Below, piece after piece: positions 48,515-57,141 of a DNA stretch of 64,000 nucleotides. The stretch spans positions 108,003 through 172,002 of the forward strand of contig CAWKBC010000040.1 in the NCBI GenBank assembly GCA_963847705.1. The letters run 5' to 3'. The notes below the pieces were generated by a model. It saw only the letters and a program-made list of their open reading frames with translations, was not told the DNA's origin and made no database searches. Source of the stretch: an uncultured Pseudomonadota bacterium (GTDB taxonomy: Bacteria; Myxococcota_A; Polyangia; Fen-1088). Positions within the stretch are counted from its first letter, which is position 1. The number at the start of each line of letters is the position of its first letter. The translations under genes and the position numbers were made by a program.

Positions 48515-50473
48515 TCAGGAATCTCGCAAAGCGTTGGCGATCAGATCGGCGGGCACTCGCGTGGTCGGGACCTTTCTGGGACGGGGTCGTGGGCGCGCCC
48601 CCGCCGCCCCCCGCGAGCGCGCGCCAGAAAACCAGGATCGGACGTCCAGGTCCAGCCCCACGCCGTGCATGTAGTTGTAGAGCGCCTTGCGAAGCCCCTC
48701 CCCCAGAAGGTCGTGGTCGGTGCCGGTCGGATCCTCGAAGGGGAGCTCGTTGCGCGCGAAGGCCGCCGGCGCGTTGAAGACGCGGAGCCCGTACTTCCTC
48801 GGCTGTAGGCCGATCGGGCTGTGCACGGTGGCGGCGAAGCGGTGCCAGAACGCCGACTGGATGCACCCCGCGTCGAACAGCTGCCGCACGCGCTCGAGCG
48901 CGTCGACGGTCTCCTGCTCCGTCTCCGTCGGAAAACCGTACATCAGATAGGCGTGGACCATGACGCCGGCGTCGGTGAAGGCCCGGGTCACGCGCGCCAC
49001 CTGCTCGACGGTGACCCCCTTCTGCATCAAGGCCAGCAGCCGGTTGGAGGCGACCTCCAGGCCACCGGTGACGGCGATGCAGCCGGCGCGCGCCATCAGG
49101 TCGCACAGCGCCGGGGTGAAGGTCTTCTCGAAGCGGATGTTTCCCCACCAGGTGATCGCCACGCCCCGCTCGAGCAGCCGCTGGGACAGTGCGCGCAGCA
49201 TGGCGGGCGGGGCCGCCTCGTCGACGAAATGGAAGCCGGTCTCGCCGGTCTCGGCCACCAGTTGCTCGACGCGGTCGACGATCAGGTCGGCGGAGGCGGC
49301 CTCGTAGCGGCCAATGTAGGGGAGCGAGACGTCGCAGAAGGTGCACTTCTTCCAGTAGCAGCCGTGCGCCAGCGTCAGCTTGTTCCAGCGGCCGTCCGAC
49401 CAGAGGCGGTGCATCGGGTTCAGCATCTCGAACAGCGAGACGTAGCGATCGAGCGGCAGGCCGGCGTAGGTCGGCGTCCCGGTCTCGGTGTGCGGGACAT
49501 CGCGCGCCGACGGATCGGTCTTGAAGACCACGCGGCCGTTTTCGCGCACGAACGTCCGATGCAGCGGCGACGGGGTCGCCGTCGTCCCGTCCTCCCCGAG
49601 CTGGCGGAGGTGCCGGAGCAGACTCAAGAGCGGGCGCTCGCCGTCGTCGAGCGTCACGTAGTCGAAGCTGTCGAACACCCGCGGCTCGCGGAGCTCACGC
49701 AGCTCGGTGTTGACGTAGCCGCCGCCCAGGATCAGCCGGGCCGCCGGCTGCGCCCGCCTGATGGCGCGGGCGAGGCGGAAGGCGCCGTAGACGTTGCCGG
49801 GAAAGGGCGCGCTGATCCCGACCACGTCGGGGCGATGGCGCGCCGCGAGCTCCGCCCCGATCGCGTCGGTGAGCGCGTCGACCAGCGTGGGCGGCCCTTC
49901 CAGCGCCGCCGCCAGCGGATCGAAGCTGGCGGCGCTGGTGGCCAGCTTCTCGGCGTAGCGTGACAGCTCGAAGCGCGGATCGATCCCCTCGCGGATCGCG
50001 TCGGCGACGTCGTCGACATACAGGCTGGCGAGGTGCTTGGCGCGATCGGCGACCGGCAGCTCGCGGTAGGCCGCGGCCAGGGGGTCTCCCGCCGCCGCCC
50101 CGCCGAGCGCGCGGGCAAGCGGCGCGAAGCGGGGCCCTTCGGGCAGGAACCTTCGGCGGACGATGCGCGCCGCCAGCGCGGGAGCGCGCCCCTGCAGAAA
50201 CCCCACCACGGCGTCGACGGTCTCGAGATAACGACCGCCGTTCTGGCGGAGCGACGCCACCGGGGGAGAGGCGCGCCTCGGCAGGGCGGCCAGCACGCGC
50301 CCGAGCCCGTCGCGGCAATAAAGCCGCAAGAACAGCTCCAGCGCGGGGTCGGCCTGGGCGATCTGCAGGCCGAGCTCGTCTGCGTGCAGCCGCAGGAAGC
50401 CCGCCAGGTAGGCCGTCGCCGGATAGGGCGTGTTGAGCTGCACCATCGGCGCCGTCAGCAACAGGATGCGCAT
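48515..50473 (-). CDS. B12-binding-domain radical SAM protein
   Basis: QLNTPYPATAYL, PFPGN, GGGYVNTELR, HGCYWKKCTFCD (CxxxCxxC), FHFVDEAAPP, GGLEVAS, HAYLMYGFP. Confidence 0.9.
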   Translation of the reverse strand: MRILLLTAPMVQLNTPYPATAYLAGFLRLHADELGLQIAQADPALELFLRLYCRDGLGRVLAALPRRASPPVASLRQNGGRYLETVDAVVGFLQGRAPALAARIVRRRFLPEGPRFAPLARALGGAAAGDPLAAAYRELPVADRAKHLASLYVDDVADAIREGIDPRFELSRYAEKLATSAASFDPLAAALEGPPTLVDALTDAIGAELAARHRPDVVGISAPFPGNVYGAFRLARAIRRAQPAARLILGGGYVNTELRELREPRVFDSFDYVTLDDGERPLLSLLRHLRQLGEDGTTATPSPLHRTFVRENGRVVFKTDPSARDVPHTETGTPTYAGLPLDRYVSLFEMLNPMHRLWSDGRWNKLTLAHGCYWKKCTFCDVSLPYIGRYEAASADLIVDRVEQLVAETGETGFHFVDEAAPPAMLRALSQRLLERGVAITWWGNIRFEKTFTPALCDLMARAGCIAVTGGLEVASNRLLALMQKGVTVEQVARVTRAFTDAGVMVHAYLMYGFPTETEQETVDALERVRQLFDAGCIQSAFWHRFAATVHSPIGLQPRKYGLRVFNAPAAFARNELPFEDPTGTDHDLLGEGLRKALYNYMHGVGLDLDVRSWFSGARSRGAAGARPRPRPRKVPTTRVPADLIANALRDS

Positions 50474-50481
50474 CGGGCTCT

Positions 50482-51156
50482 TCACGAACCGACCCGCAGC
50501 CGCGCCCGCTGCGGCGAGCCGCCCGCCTGCCGCGGCGTTGCGGTGACCATCAGCCCGTCGCGGGTCGCGGGTGGGATCGCCACCACCACCGCCACCTTCT
50601 CGGTGACCCGGCCGGCGTGCTCGCAGCGCCGGCACCAGACACCACCCGGCCTGGCCACGCCGCCGCAGGTGGGACAGAGGATCGGCAGCGGCAGCTCGAC
50701 GAGAGCCGTCCCGCCGCGCGCCGCCTCGGCCGCATTGAGGTGAAGCTCCAGCACGCCGTCGACGGCGATCTGCGCGGCGCCCGACTCCTTCAAGCGCTCG
50801 ATCGGGCCGCTGAGGCGCGGCAGGAGGTTGGCGATCGGCTTTTGCCAGGAGGCGCTCCACCCGACGGCGGAGACGCTCCAGGCACGGGCGTCCGCCTGCC
50901 CGGCGGCCGGCGCGAAGGCGCGCTCGCGCTCGAACAGGTGCGCGTCGTACGCCGTCCGCGCCGTCGGATCGGAGAGCATGTGGTACGCCTCGGCGATCCG
51001 CGCGAAGGTCTCGGCGCTGGCCGGCCCGGCGCGATCGGGGTGATGGGCCAGCGCCAGCCGCCGGTAGGCACGCCGGATCTCCGCGCCGGTCGCCGCGCGG
51101 GCGACGCCGAGGACGGCATAGAGATCGGCGTGGTGGTCGGAGCCCGGCGCGCGCAC
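50482..51156 (-). CDS. J-domain (DnaJ-like) protein with a single Zn-finger-like Cys set
   Basis: DLYAVLGV...AYRRLALAHHPDR...IAEAYHMLSDP; CPTCGG...CRRC. Confidence 0.85.
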   Translation of the reverse strand: MRAPGSDHHADLYAVLGVARAATGAEIRRAYRRLALAHHPDRAGPASAETFARIAEAYHMLSDPTARTAYDAHLFERERAFAPAAGQADARAWSVSAVGWSASWQKPIANLLPRLSGPIERLKESGAAQIAVDGVLELHLNAAEAARGGTALVELPLPILCPTCGGVARPGGVWCRRCEHAGRVTEKVAVVVAIPPATRDGLMVTATPRQAGGSPQRARLRVGS

Positions 51157-51221
51157 CGGCCGATGTTAGCGCCTGAACGCGCGGGAGGGCAGGAACCTGC
51201 GTGCTTCCGAGGGAGGTGCGG

Positions 51222-52107
51222 CTAGGGAGCGGGCCCGAGCATCCGGATCAGCTTTTTCGAGGCCTGGTCGCGCTTGCGCTCGGCCGTCGCGCGCCAGGCC
51301 TCGGCGCCGTTGTGGACGTTGCCGAAATAGTAACGCAGGCCGATTCCCAGGCCGACCAGACTGGCGCCCGCGTAGGAGCCGTCGGCGATCAGGAAATAGA
51401 CGGCGGTCGCGAATCCACCGTTCACCGCCAGCGCCAACAGGCCGTCACCGGGATCTCCGGCGGTCGCCTGTCCGAGCCCGGGGAGCAGCGCCGACAAGAT
51501 CCCGCCCACGACGGCGCGGGCGCGCACGTTGACCTCGAGCGCCCGCACCAGCTCGTCGGGCCGGGCGTCGCGGGGCAGCGCGCTGGCGGGCAGGGCGGCG
51601 ATGCAGGCGCGCGCGGCCGCACCGTCATGCGCCATCACCTCGGCGACGCAACGCAGGCGGGTGGCGAACGCGCGCGTCGGCTCGTCGGCGCCGAACGCCT
51701 CGACGCGCGCGAAGACATGCAGCGCATGGGGAAACTCCCTGGCCCGCAGCAGGACGACACCGGTGGCGAGCTGGATCTGGTCGGCGCGCTTCGGATCCTC
51801 GGTCGCCGCGGCCGCCTGCTCCAGGAACGGCACCGCCTGGCTCGGCTTTCCGTCGATCGCCAGCGCCATCCCGACCCGGTAGGTCGTCTCGGGGGCCAGC
51901 GCGTCGGATCCGTTCTCCAGCATCAAACGCCGCGCCTCGCTCCCCGCCTCGTCGCTGAGCCCGAGCCGCAGCAGGCGTCCCACGAACAGGTCCCCGGGCG
52001 GCGCCGGCTCCGCCGCCAGCGCCGGCCGGACCGCGCCCTGCGCCAGCCAGGCGCCGGCGAACACCAGGCTCCAGCGTCTAAGGATTCGAGCCGGCTCTGG
52101 AAGGCAC
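51222..52107 (-). CDS. Secreted TPR-like protein with C-terminal TM2-like membrane module; start restored by a 1-nt correction at 52082-52088
   Basis: GGAGG SD 6 nt before GTG 52107; corrected N-terminus MPSRAGSILRRWSLVFAGAWLAQGAVRPALA; GILSALLPGLGQ...YYFGNVHNG. Confidence 0.65.
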
Positions 52108-53065
52108 GATCCACCTCCTGCATCAGCGCGTCCTCGGCGTCGCGGCGCTGGACCACCGCGCCGACGGCCGAGCCGTAGACGTTCCCCGCGTAGAGGAGCG
52201 CCGCCACCCCACCGAGGATCCAGCCGCGCACCGAGCCCTGGCCGTCCTCATGGAAACCCTGCGCCGCCAGCGCCGCGGTCGTGCCGACCAGCAGGAAGCT
52301 GAGCAGGCCGTCCGGCCAGCGACCGAGGTAGACGCGGCCGAGGCCGGGGACGACCATGGAGAGCGCCGCCGCCAGGAGCGGTGACTTTCTCGGCAGCGCG
52401 TCGTAGCGGCGCAGGAGCTCCCGATCCTGCTGCTGCCAGACCGACACCGCCGGGTCGGGCGGGGTCGGCGACGTGGCGCCTGCGGTGAGCTCGAGCCGCG
52501 CCTGGCGCCAGTGTCGGGCCCGGATCTCGCGCATCCGCAACGTCTGCTGGGCGAGGTCGTAGAACCGATCGCGCGGGGCGGAGCTCTCGAGCGGTGCGCA
52601 GGCCGGCAGACCGAGATCAGCAAGGAACACCTCGGCGAGGCAGAGACGCAAGCGACCCGGGCCGTCGAGGGGCGTCCCCTCCGAGGGAAGCGCCAGCATC
52701 AGCCGTCGGGCATCGTCGTAGCGGCCGGCGAGCGACAGGCAGAGGGCCGCCCGCTCGAACCCCCGCGCGCGATCGGCCGGACGATCGTAGGCGTAGCGCA
52801 GCGCCTCCACCGCGCATTCGCTGAAGCTGCCCACACCTCGCAACCGCTCTGCCAGCTCCAAAAATGACGGCGTGCCCGACGGCATCTCGGTCGTCGGCGC
52901 GGAGGACGTCCCCGCGGGCGCTTCCGCCGCCGACTTCGCCGGCATGGCCGTCTCGGCCCGGGCCAGCGGCGCCAGCCCGACCAGCATCAGCGACATGACG
53001 ACCGCGGAGGGCACGGACGCGGCGGGCGCGCACGGACGCGCGGCCCTTGGTGCCGCCGCGCTCAC
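52078..53065 (-). CDS. Secreted TPR-like protein with TM2-like module (paralogue of the downstream gene)
   Basis: GTGA overlap start; KSPLLAAALSMVVPGLGRVYLGRW...LYAGNVYGS; after the 1-nt correction it ends FQSRLDP-TAG at 52078 instead of running to 51923. Confidence 0.7.
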
Positions 53066-53586
53066 TCGGGCGCCGTCAAACAGTAACGATCTGGGTCGTC
53101 CTTCAGGTGGCCGTCAGCAGCGCGCGGATAAAAAGGGAGGGCCAGCGGGTGGTCGCGCAGCAGCCGATCGAGCGACAGCAGCGCCCCCTGGAGCGGCCCG
53201 CAGCGGTCGATCACGCGCTCGGAGAAACGCGAGCAGGAGGGCGTGAAGCCGCAGACCGGCAGATCCTGCGACGACAGAACCACCCGATAGGTCCCGAAGA
53301 GGGCCCGACTGATGCCAGCACCGAGCGCCCCGGTCCAGGGGCGCGCTCCCTCCTCACCCGCCTCGTGCGCCGGGCCCGGGCCGCCGAGCAGAAAAGCGAC
53401 CGCCTGCTCCGGCTCCCAGAGCTGCGGCGTCTCGTCCTTCGAGTCATCGTTCGTCTCGCGCTCGCCCGCCCTCGCCCGCTCCGGAGCCCCCCAGACCAGG
53501 GCCAGCACGGCGGCAGCGGCCAGGGCGCCGGCGCCGGCGGCCCGCCGCGCACCAGACCCCGCGCGCCTCGCTTCCCGCGTCACCAT
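53062..53586 (-). CDS. YidD-like (membrane protein insertion efficiency factor/haemolytic domain) protein with N-terminal signal peptide
   Basis: YRVVLSSQDLPVCGFTPSCSRFS...GALLSLDRLLRDHP; start overlaps the upstream stop (ATGGTGA). Confidence 0.75.
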   Translation of the reverse strand: MVTREARRAGSGARRAAGAGALAAAAVLALVWGAPERARAGERETNDDSKDETPQLWEPEQAVAFLLGGPGPAHEAGEEGARPWTGALGAGISRALFGTYRVVLSSQDLPVCGFTPSCSRFSERVIDRCGPLQGALLSLDRLLRDHPLALPFYPRAADGHLKDDPDRYCLTAPE

Positions 53587-54299
53587 TGCAAGGCCTGAAT
53601 CTTCGTCTCTGGCCGCAGGCGAGCGCAACCGATCTGCGCGGGGTGGCGCGGATCGGGCTTGGTCACGTCGGCGAGCGACCACTGCTCCTCGCGCTTCTGG
53701 ACGCCGCCCGCCGCGAAGTAGTCGGCGACGATCGTGCGCGGGACGCTGTGGGTGCCGACGCGGATCCGATCGCCGAAGGTGAACCGGCGCTGCGGCTTGC
53801 CCGATTTCTCGCTGAGCTCGATCGAGAGCGCGCCGGCGCGCGATTCCACCGTTCGCATCTCCCCGGTCTCGGTGCCGCCGGCGACGACGCGCCAGCGCGT
53901 CACCAGATTCCCGTTCTCCCGCTTCCGCTCGAGCAGCTTCGATTCGCTGGGGAGCGTGCTCCCCGGGTCGACAATCCCAGCGGCCAGCGCGTCGAGCATG
54001 GGCGGCGGCTGCGTGGGATCGAAGTGGGCCACGAAGGCGAGATCCCGCTCCGGGTAGTAGATGACCAGCTCACGCGGCGACAGGCGCATCTCCTGAACGG
54101 TGGGGAGCTTGACCGCCACGCAGACCTCGCCCCCCGGGATGAAGCTGATGGCACCCGACACGGTGTCGGTCCCCTGCGCGTCGATCGTCTTCAGCACGAA
54201 GCTCGCCGACAGGGAGACGGCGGGAGCGGCGGGCGCACCGGCCATCGCCGCCGAGACGAACGTCGAAACGACGACGACCGACACGGCCCAGGCTCCCAT
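53580..54299 (-). CDS. Secreted hypothetical protein, possibly LolA-like fold
   Basis: Signal peptide ending AMA; SLSASFVLKT...SGAISF...ELVIYYPERDLAFV resembles LolA-like beta sheets. Confidence 0.5.
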   Translation of the reverse strand: MGAWAVSVVVVSTFVSAAMAGAPAAPAVSLSASFVLKTIDAQGTDTVSGAISFIPGGEVCVAVKLPTVQEMRLSPRELVIYYPERDLAFVAHFDPTQPPPMLDALAAGIVDPGSTLPSESKLLERKRENGNLVTRWRVVAGGTETGEMRTVESRAGALSIELSEKSGKPQRRFTFGDRIRVGTHSVPRTIVADYFAAGGVQKREEQWSLADVTKPDPRHPAQIGCARLRPETKIQALQW

Positions 54300-54326
54300 C
54301 TGCCGATCGTCCGATCTTCTCGGCCG

Positions 54327-54854
54327 TCAGTTGTACGTGGTGGTCGGCTCGCTCTTCAAGACCGTGACGATGAGGATCACGTAGATGACGACGAAGACCA
54401 CGACCGTCGTCCCGATGCCCCACAGCGACGACCGCAGCTGCGCCGACTTCCCCTCGGATTTGTAGGTCTGCGTGTAGATCGCCAGGTACTCGGGCGACTT
54501 GCCCATCAAACGCGCGGGGGGCGGTGACGGCTCCGCCACCGCCGCGATCACCACGCCGATGAGACCGAGGATGCAGCCGGCAAAGAACCAGAGCGTGCCG
54601 TTCTCGTCCGCCTGGGCGTCCTGCGTCGCCTCCATGACGGCGCGGGCGGTGTCGACCGGCGGAGGGCCGTAGCCGGGCCCCCCTTGTGGCGGCCCCCAGG
54701 ACTGTTGCTGCTGCGGCGCCCAGCTCTGCTGCGCCTGGACCGGGTGCTCCCAAAGAGGGGAGACAATCAGCGCGCCCGAAACCAGGGCGACGACCGTCAA
54801 CGTGCCCGCCCATTTGCGAATCCCAACCTTCCGAACGCTTGCAGGCCTGGTCAT
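54327..54854 (-). CDS. Hypothetical membrane protein
   Basis: AGGAG SD; signal peptide, Gln/Pro-rich segment, two TM helices flanking PPPARLMGKSPEY. Confidence 0.7.
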   Translation of the reverse strand: MTRPASVRKVGIRKWAGTLTVVALVSGALIVSPLWEHPVQAQQSWAPQQQQSWGPPQGGPGYGPPPVDTARAVMEATQDAQADENGTLWFFAGCILGLIGVVIAAVAEPSPPPARLMGKSPEYLAIYTQTYKSEGKSAQLRSSLWGIGTTVVVFVVIYVILIVTVLKSEPTTTYN

Positions 54855-55071
54855 GGTCCCGTCTCCTCACGGCCGAACGTGGCTCGCACTCTGCCCTGCT
54901 CATTTGTATCCGGAATGATCGAGATCAGTCAACATCGGGAAACGCGGAGCTTCTGGACGCGGCTGATTCATTGAAGGTTTTTCGCCGACATCCCCTCTAT
55001 CGTTTTGCGGGCTTGGCCGATTTTTCCTGTTTGAGCTCCGTGCCTATTCCCTCGTTCTCTTTTGGAGTGAC

Positions 55072-56499
55072 ATGACGACGACTCGCCAGACCCTCTTTCT
55101 GATTGTCAGCCTGACAATCGGCGCCTGCGCCAGCTCCGATCCGAACAGCGGCGGCACTGGCGGAGCCTCCCCCGGATCTGGCGGCAAGACCGGGTCGGGC
55201 GGTGCGAAGGGCACGGGAGGCGCCACCGGCACCGGCGGCCTGACTGGCACCGGCGGCACAACGGGAACCGGAGGCGCCACCGCCACTGGGGGAGCCCCCG
55301 CCACCGGTGGAGCGATCGGAACCGGCGGCACCACCGGCACCGGCGGCATGGCCGGTGCGAAGGGGACCGGCGGCGCGGCAACCGGCGGCACCACCGGCAC
55401 CGGCGGCATGGCCGGCGCGAAGGGGACCGGCGGCGCGGCCGGCAACGGAGGTACGGCCGGGGCGCTCGGAACGGGCGGAAGCGGCGGAGCGGCCTCGAGC
55501 GTTCACGTCGTCGGCAACCAGATCTACGACGGCGCGACGGCGATTCGCCTGATGGGCGTCAATCGCCCCGGCGGTGAATACGGCTGCGTGAGCGGCAACG
55601 TCTGGGATCCCGCCGACGGATCGGGCAACAACCAGGCGACGATCACCGCGATGCTGGCCTGGAAGATCAACGCGGTCCGGATTCCGCTCAACGAAGATTG
55701 CTGGCTGTCGCTCAACGGGGTGAAGACCGGCGGCACGGCCTACCAGAGCACGATCCAGACCTGGGTCAATCTGCTGCTGCAGAACGGCATCTATCCGATC
55801 CTCGACCTGCACTGGACGGAGAACAACGGCGCCGAGGCGACCGGCCAGCAGCCGATGCCCGACATGGCGCACGCCCCAACGTTCTGGGGTCAGGTCGCGG
55901 CGGCCTACAAGGATTCGCCCAAGGTCATCTTCGATCTGTTCAACGAGCCCTACCCCGACAACAACACGGAGGCCAACGCCGCCTGGAGCTGCTGGCGGGA
56001 CGGCGGAACCTGCGCCGGGATGTCGTACCCGGCCGCCGGCATGCAATCCATGCTCACCGCCGTGCGCAACGCGGGGGCGAACAATCTCGTCCTCCTGGCA
56101 GGGATCGAGTACGCCAACGATCTGTCGCAGTGGCTGGCCTACAAGCCGACCGATCCCGCCAACAACTTCGCGGCTTCGTGGCACGTCTACCCGAACAGCA
56201 ACTACACCAGCAGCCACACCCTGACGATGGATGCGATGGGGGTCGCCGGGATGGTGCCCATCGTGGCGACGGAGATCGGCGGCGCCCTCGACGGCTCTTG
56301 CACCGCCACCGGCGGCTCGGACGACGGCTCGTTCATCACCATGGCGATGAGCTACCTCGACAGCCTCTCCCCACCTCAAAGCTACGTCGCCTGGTCCTGG
56401 AGCACCGACGACACGCCGGTCCTCATCTCGAGCCTCAACGGCACCGCGGCCTGCTCGGGGATCCCGTACAAGGCGCACCTGCTGGCGACGCCCCACTGA
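55072..56499 (+). CDS. GH5 cellulase-family glycoside hydrolase, lipoprotein with Gly/Thr linker
   Basis: Lipobox IGAC; [36 protein letters not shown] (acid/base), SWHVY, IVATEIG (nucleophile), AWSW. Confidence 0.92.
   Translation: MTTTRQTLFLIVSLTIGACASSDPNSGGTGGASPGSGGKTGSGGAKGTGGATGTGGLTGTGGTTGTGGATATGGAPATGGAIGTGGTTGTGGMAGAKGTGGAATGGTTGTGGMAGAKGTGGAAGNGGTAGALGTGGSGGAASSVHVVGNQIYDGATAIRLMGVNRPGGEYGCVSGNVWDPADGSGNNQATITAMLAWKINAVRIPLNEDCWLSLNGVKTGGTAYQSTIQTWVNLLLQNGIYPILDLHWTENNGAEATGQQPMPDMAHAPTFWGQVAAAYKDSPKVIFDLFNEPYPDNNTEANAAWSCWRDGGTCAGMSYPAAGMQSMLTAVRNAGANNLVLLAGIEYANDLSQWLAYKPTDPANNFAASWHVYPNSNYTSSHTLTMDAMGVAGMVPIVATEIGGALDGSCTATGGSDDGSFITMAMSYLDSLSPPQSYVAWSWSTDDTPVLISSLNGTAACSGIPYKAHLLATPH
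55321..55440 (+). repeat. 60-bp tandem duplication in the GH5 linker
   Basis: 55321-55380 and 55381-55440 differ at 2 positions; encodes [20 protein letters not shown] twice. Confidence 0.9.
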
Positions 56500-56518
56500 T
56501 CGGGGATATCATCGTCGG

Positions 56519-56965
56519 ATGGCGACCCCCGACGAGGCAATCGAAGCAGCTTGGGAAACGGTCTTCGGCGCACTGGCCCGGCTGCGCGAGCGCTGGCCCT
56601 CGACCGATTGGAGCTACGACCGACGGCTGCGCTGCGTGGCCTCGTCAATCCCGCTCGCGGGCGCGGCCGACGCGCGCGCGGCGTTCGCCGAGGTGTTCCC
56701 GACCTCCTGGTCGACCGGGACGCTGTCCGGCGCGCCGGCGAGCGTGCAGGCGCTGGCCGAGACCTGCGGCGGGTTGCGCGCCTCGCAGGAGCTGCTCTGG
56801 GGCGGCGGCGCCGACGGCGCCGGCGCGTTCGGTCTGTGGTGGCCGTGGGGCGATGGGACGACGGTGACCTTGCGGGTCGGCCTGCACGGCCTCGATCAGC
56901 CGAAGGTGCGCTACCCGCGGCTGCGTGACGTTTTCGGCATTCCGCAGGCGCCCGGGCCGGCTTAG
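56519..56965 (+). CDS. Hypothetical cytoplasmic protein
   Basis: Coding-like codon usage; WSYDRRLRCVAS...GGLRASQEL...FGLWWPWGD. Confidence 0.7.
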   Translation: MATPDEAIEAAWETVFGALARLRERWPSTDWSYDRRLRCVASSIPLAGAADARAAFAEVFPTSWSTGTLSGAPASVQALAETCGGLRASQELLWGGGADGAGAFGLWWPWGDGTTVTLRVGLHGLDQPKVRYPRLRDVFGIPQAPGPA

Positions 56966-57081
56966 TCGAAGGCTTAGTCGCGGCTCAGTCGCGCGCGGCC
57001 AGAAGCCCGCTCACCGAAATTCGGAAGGTCGGTGTTCGAACTTCGGAGACCGCGATCGCGTTCGTGCGCCCGCTCACCGAA
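56959..57081. repeat. Clustered short direct repeats upstream of the second phosphoesterase
   Basis: GGCTYAGTCG x3 (56959, 56971, 56982) and GCCCGCTCACCGAA x2 (57005, 57068). Confidence 0.7.
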
Positions 57082-57141
57082 CGTGTTCCTTGAGATCACG
57101 CTGCTTTCCCACGCGCACCCACCTGTCGGTGCGCTGGCGCG

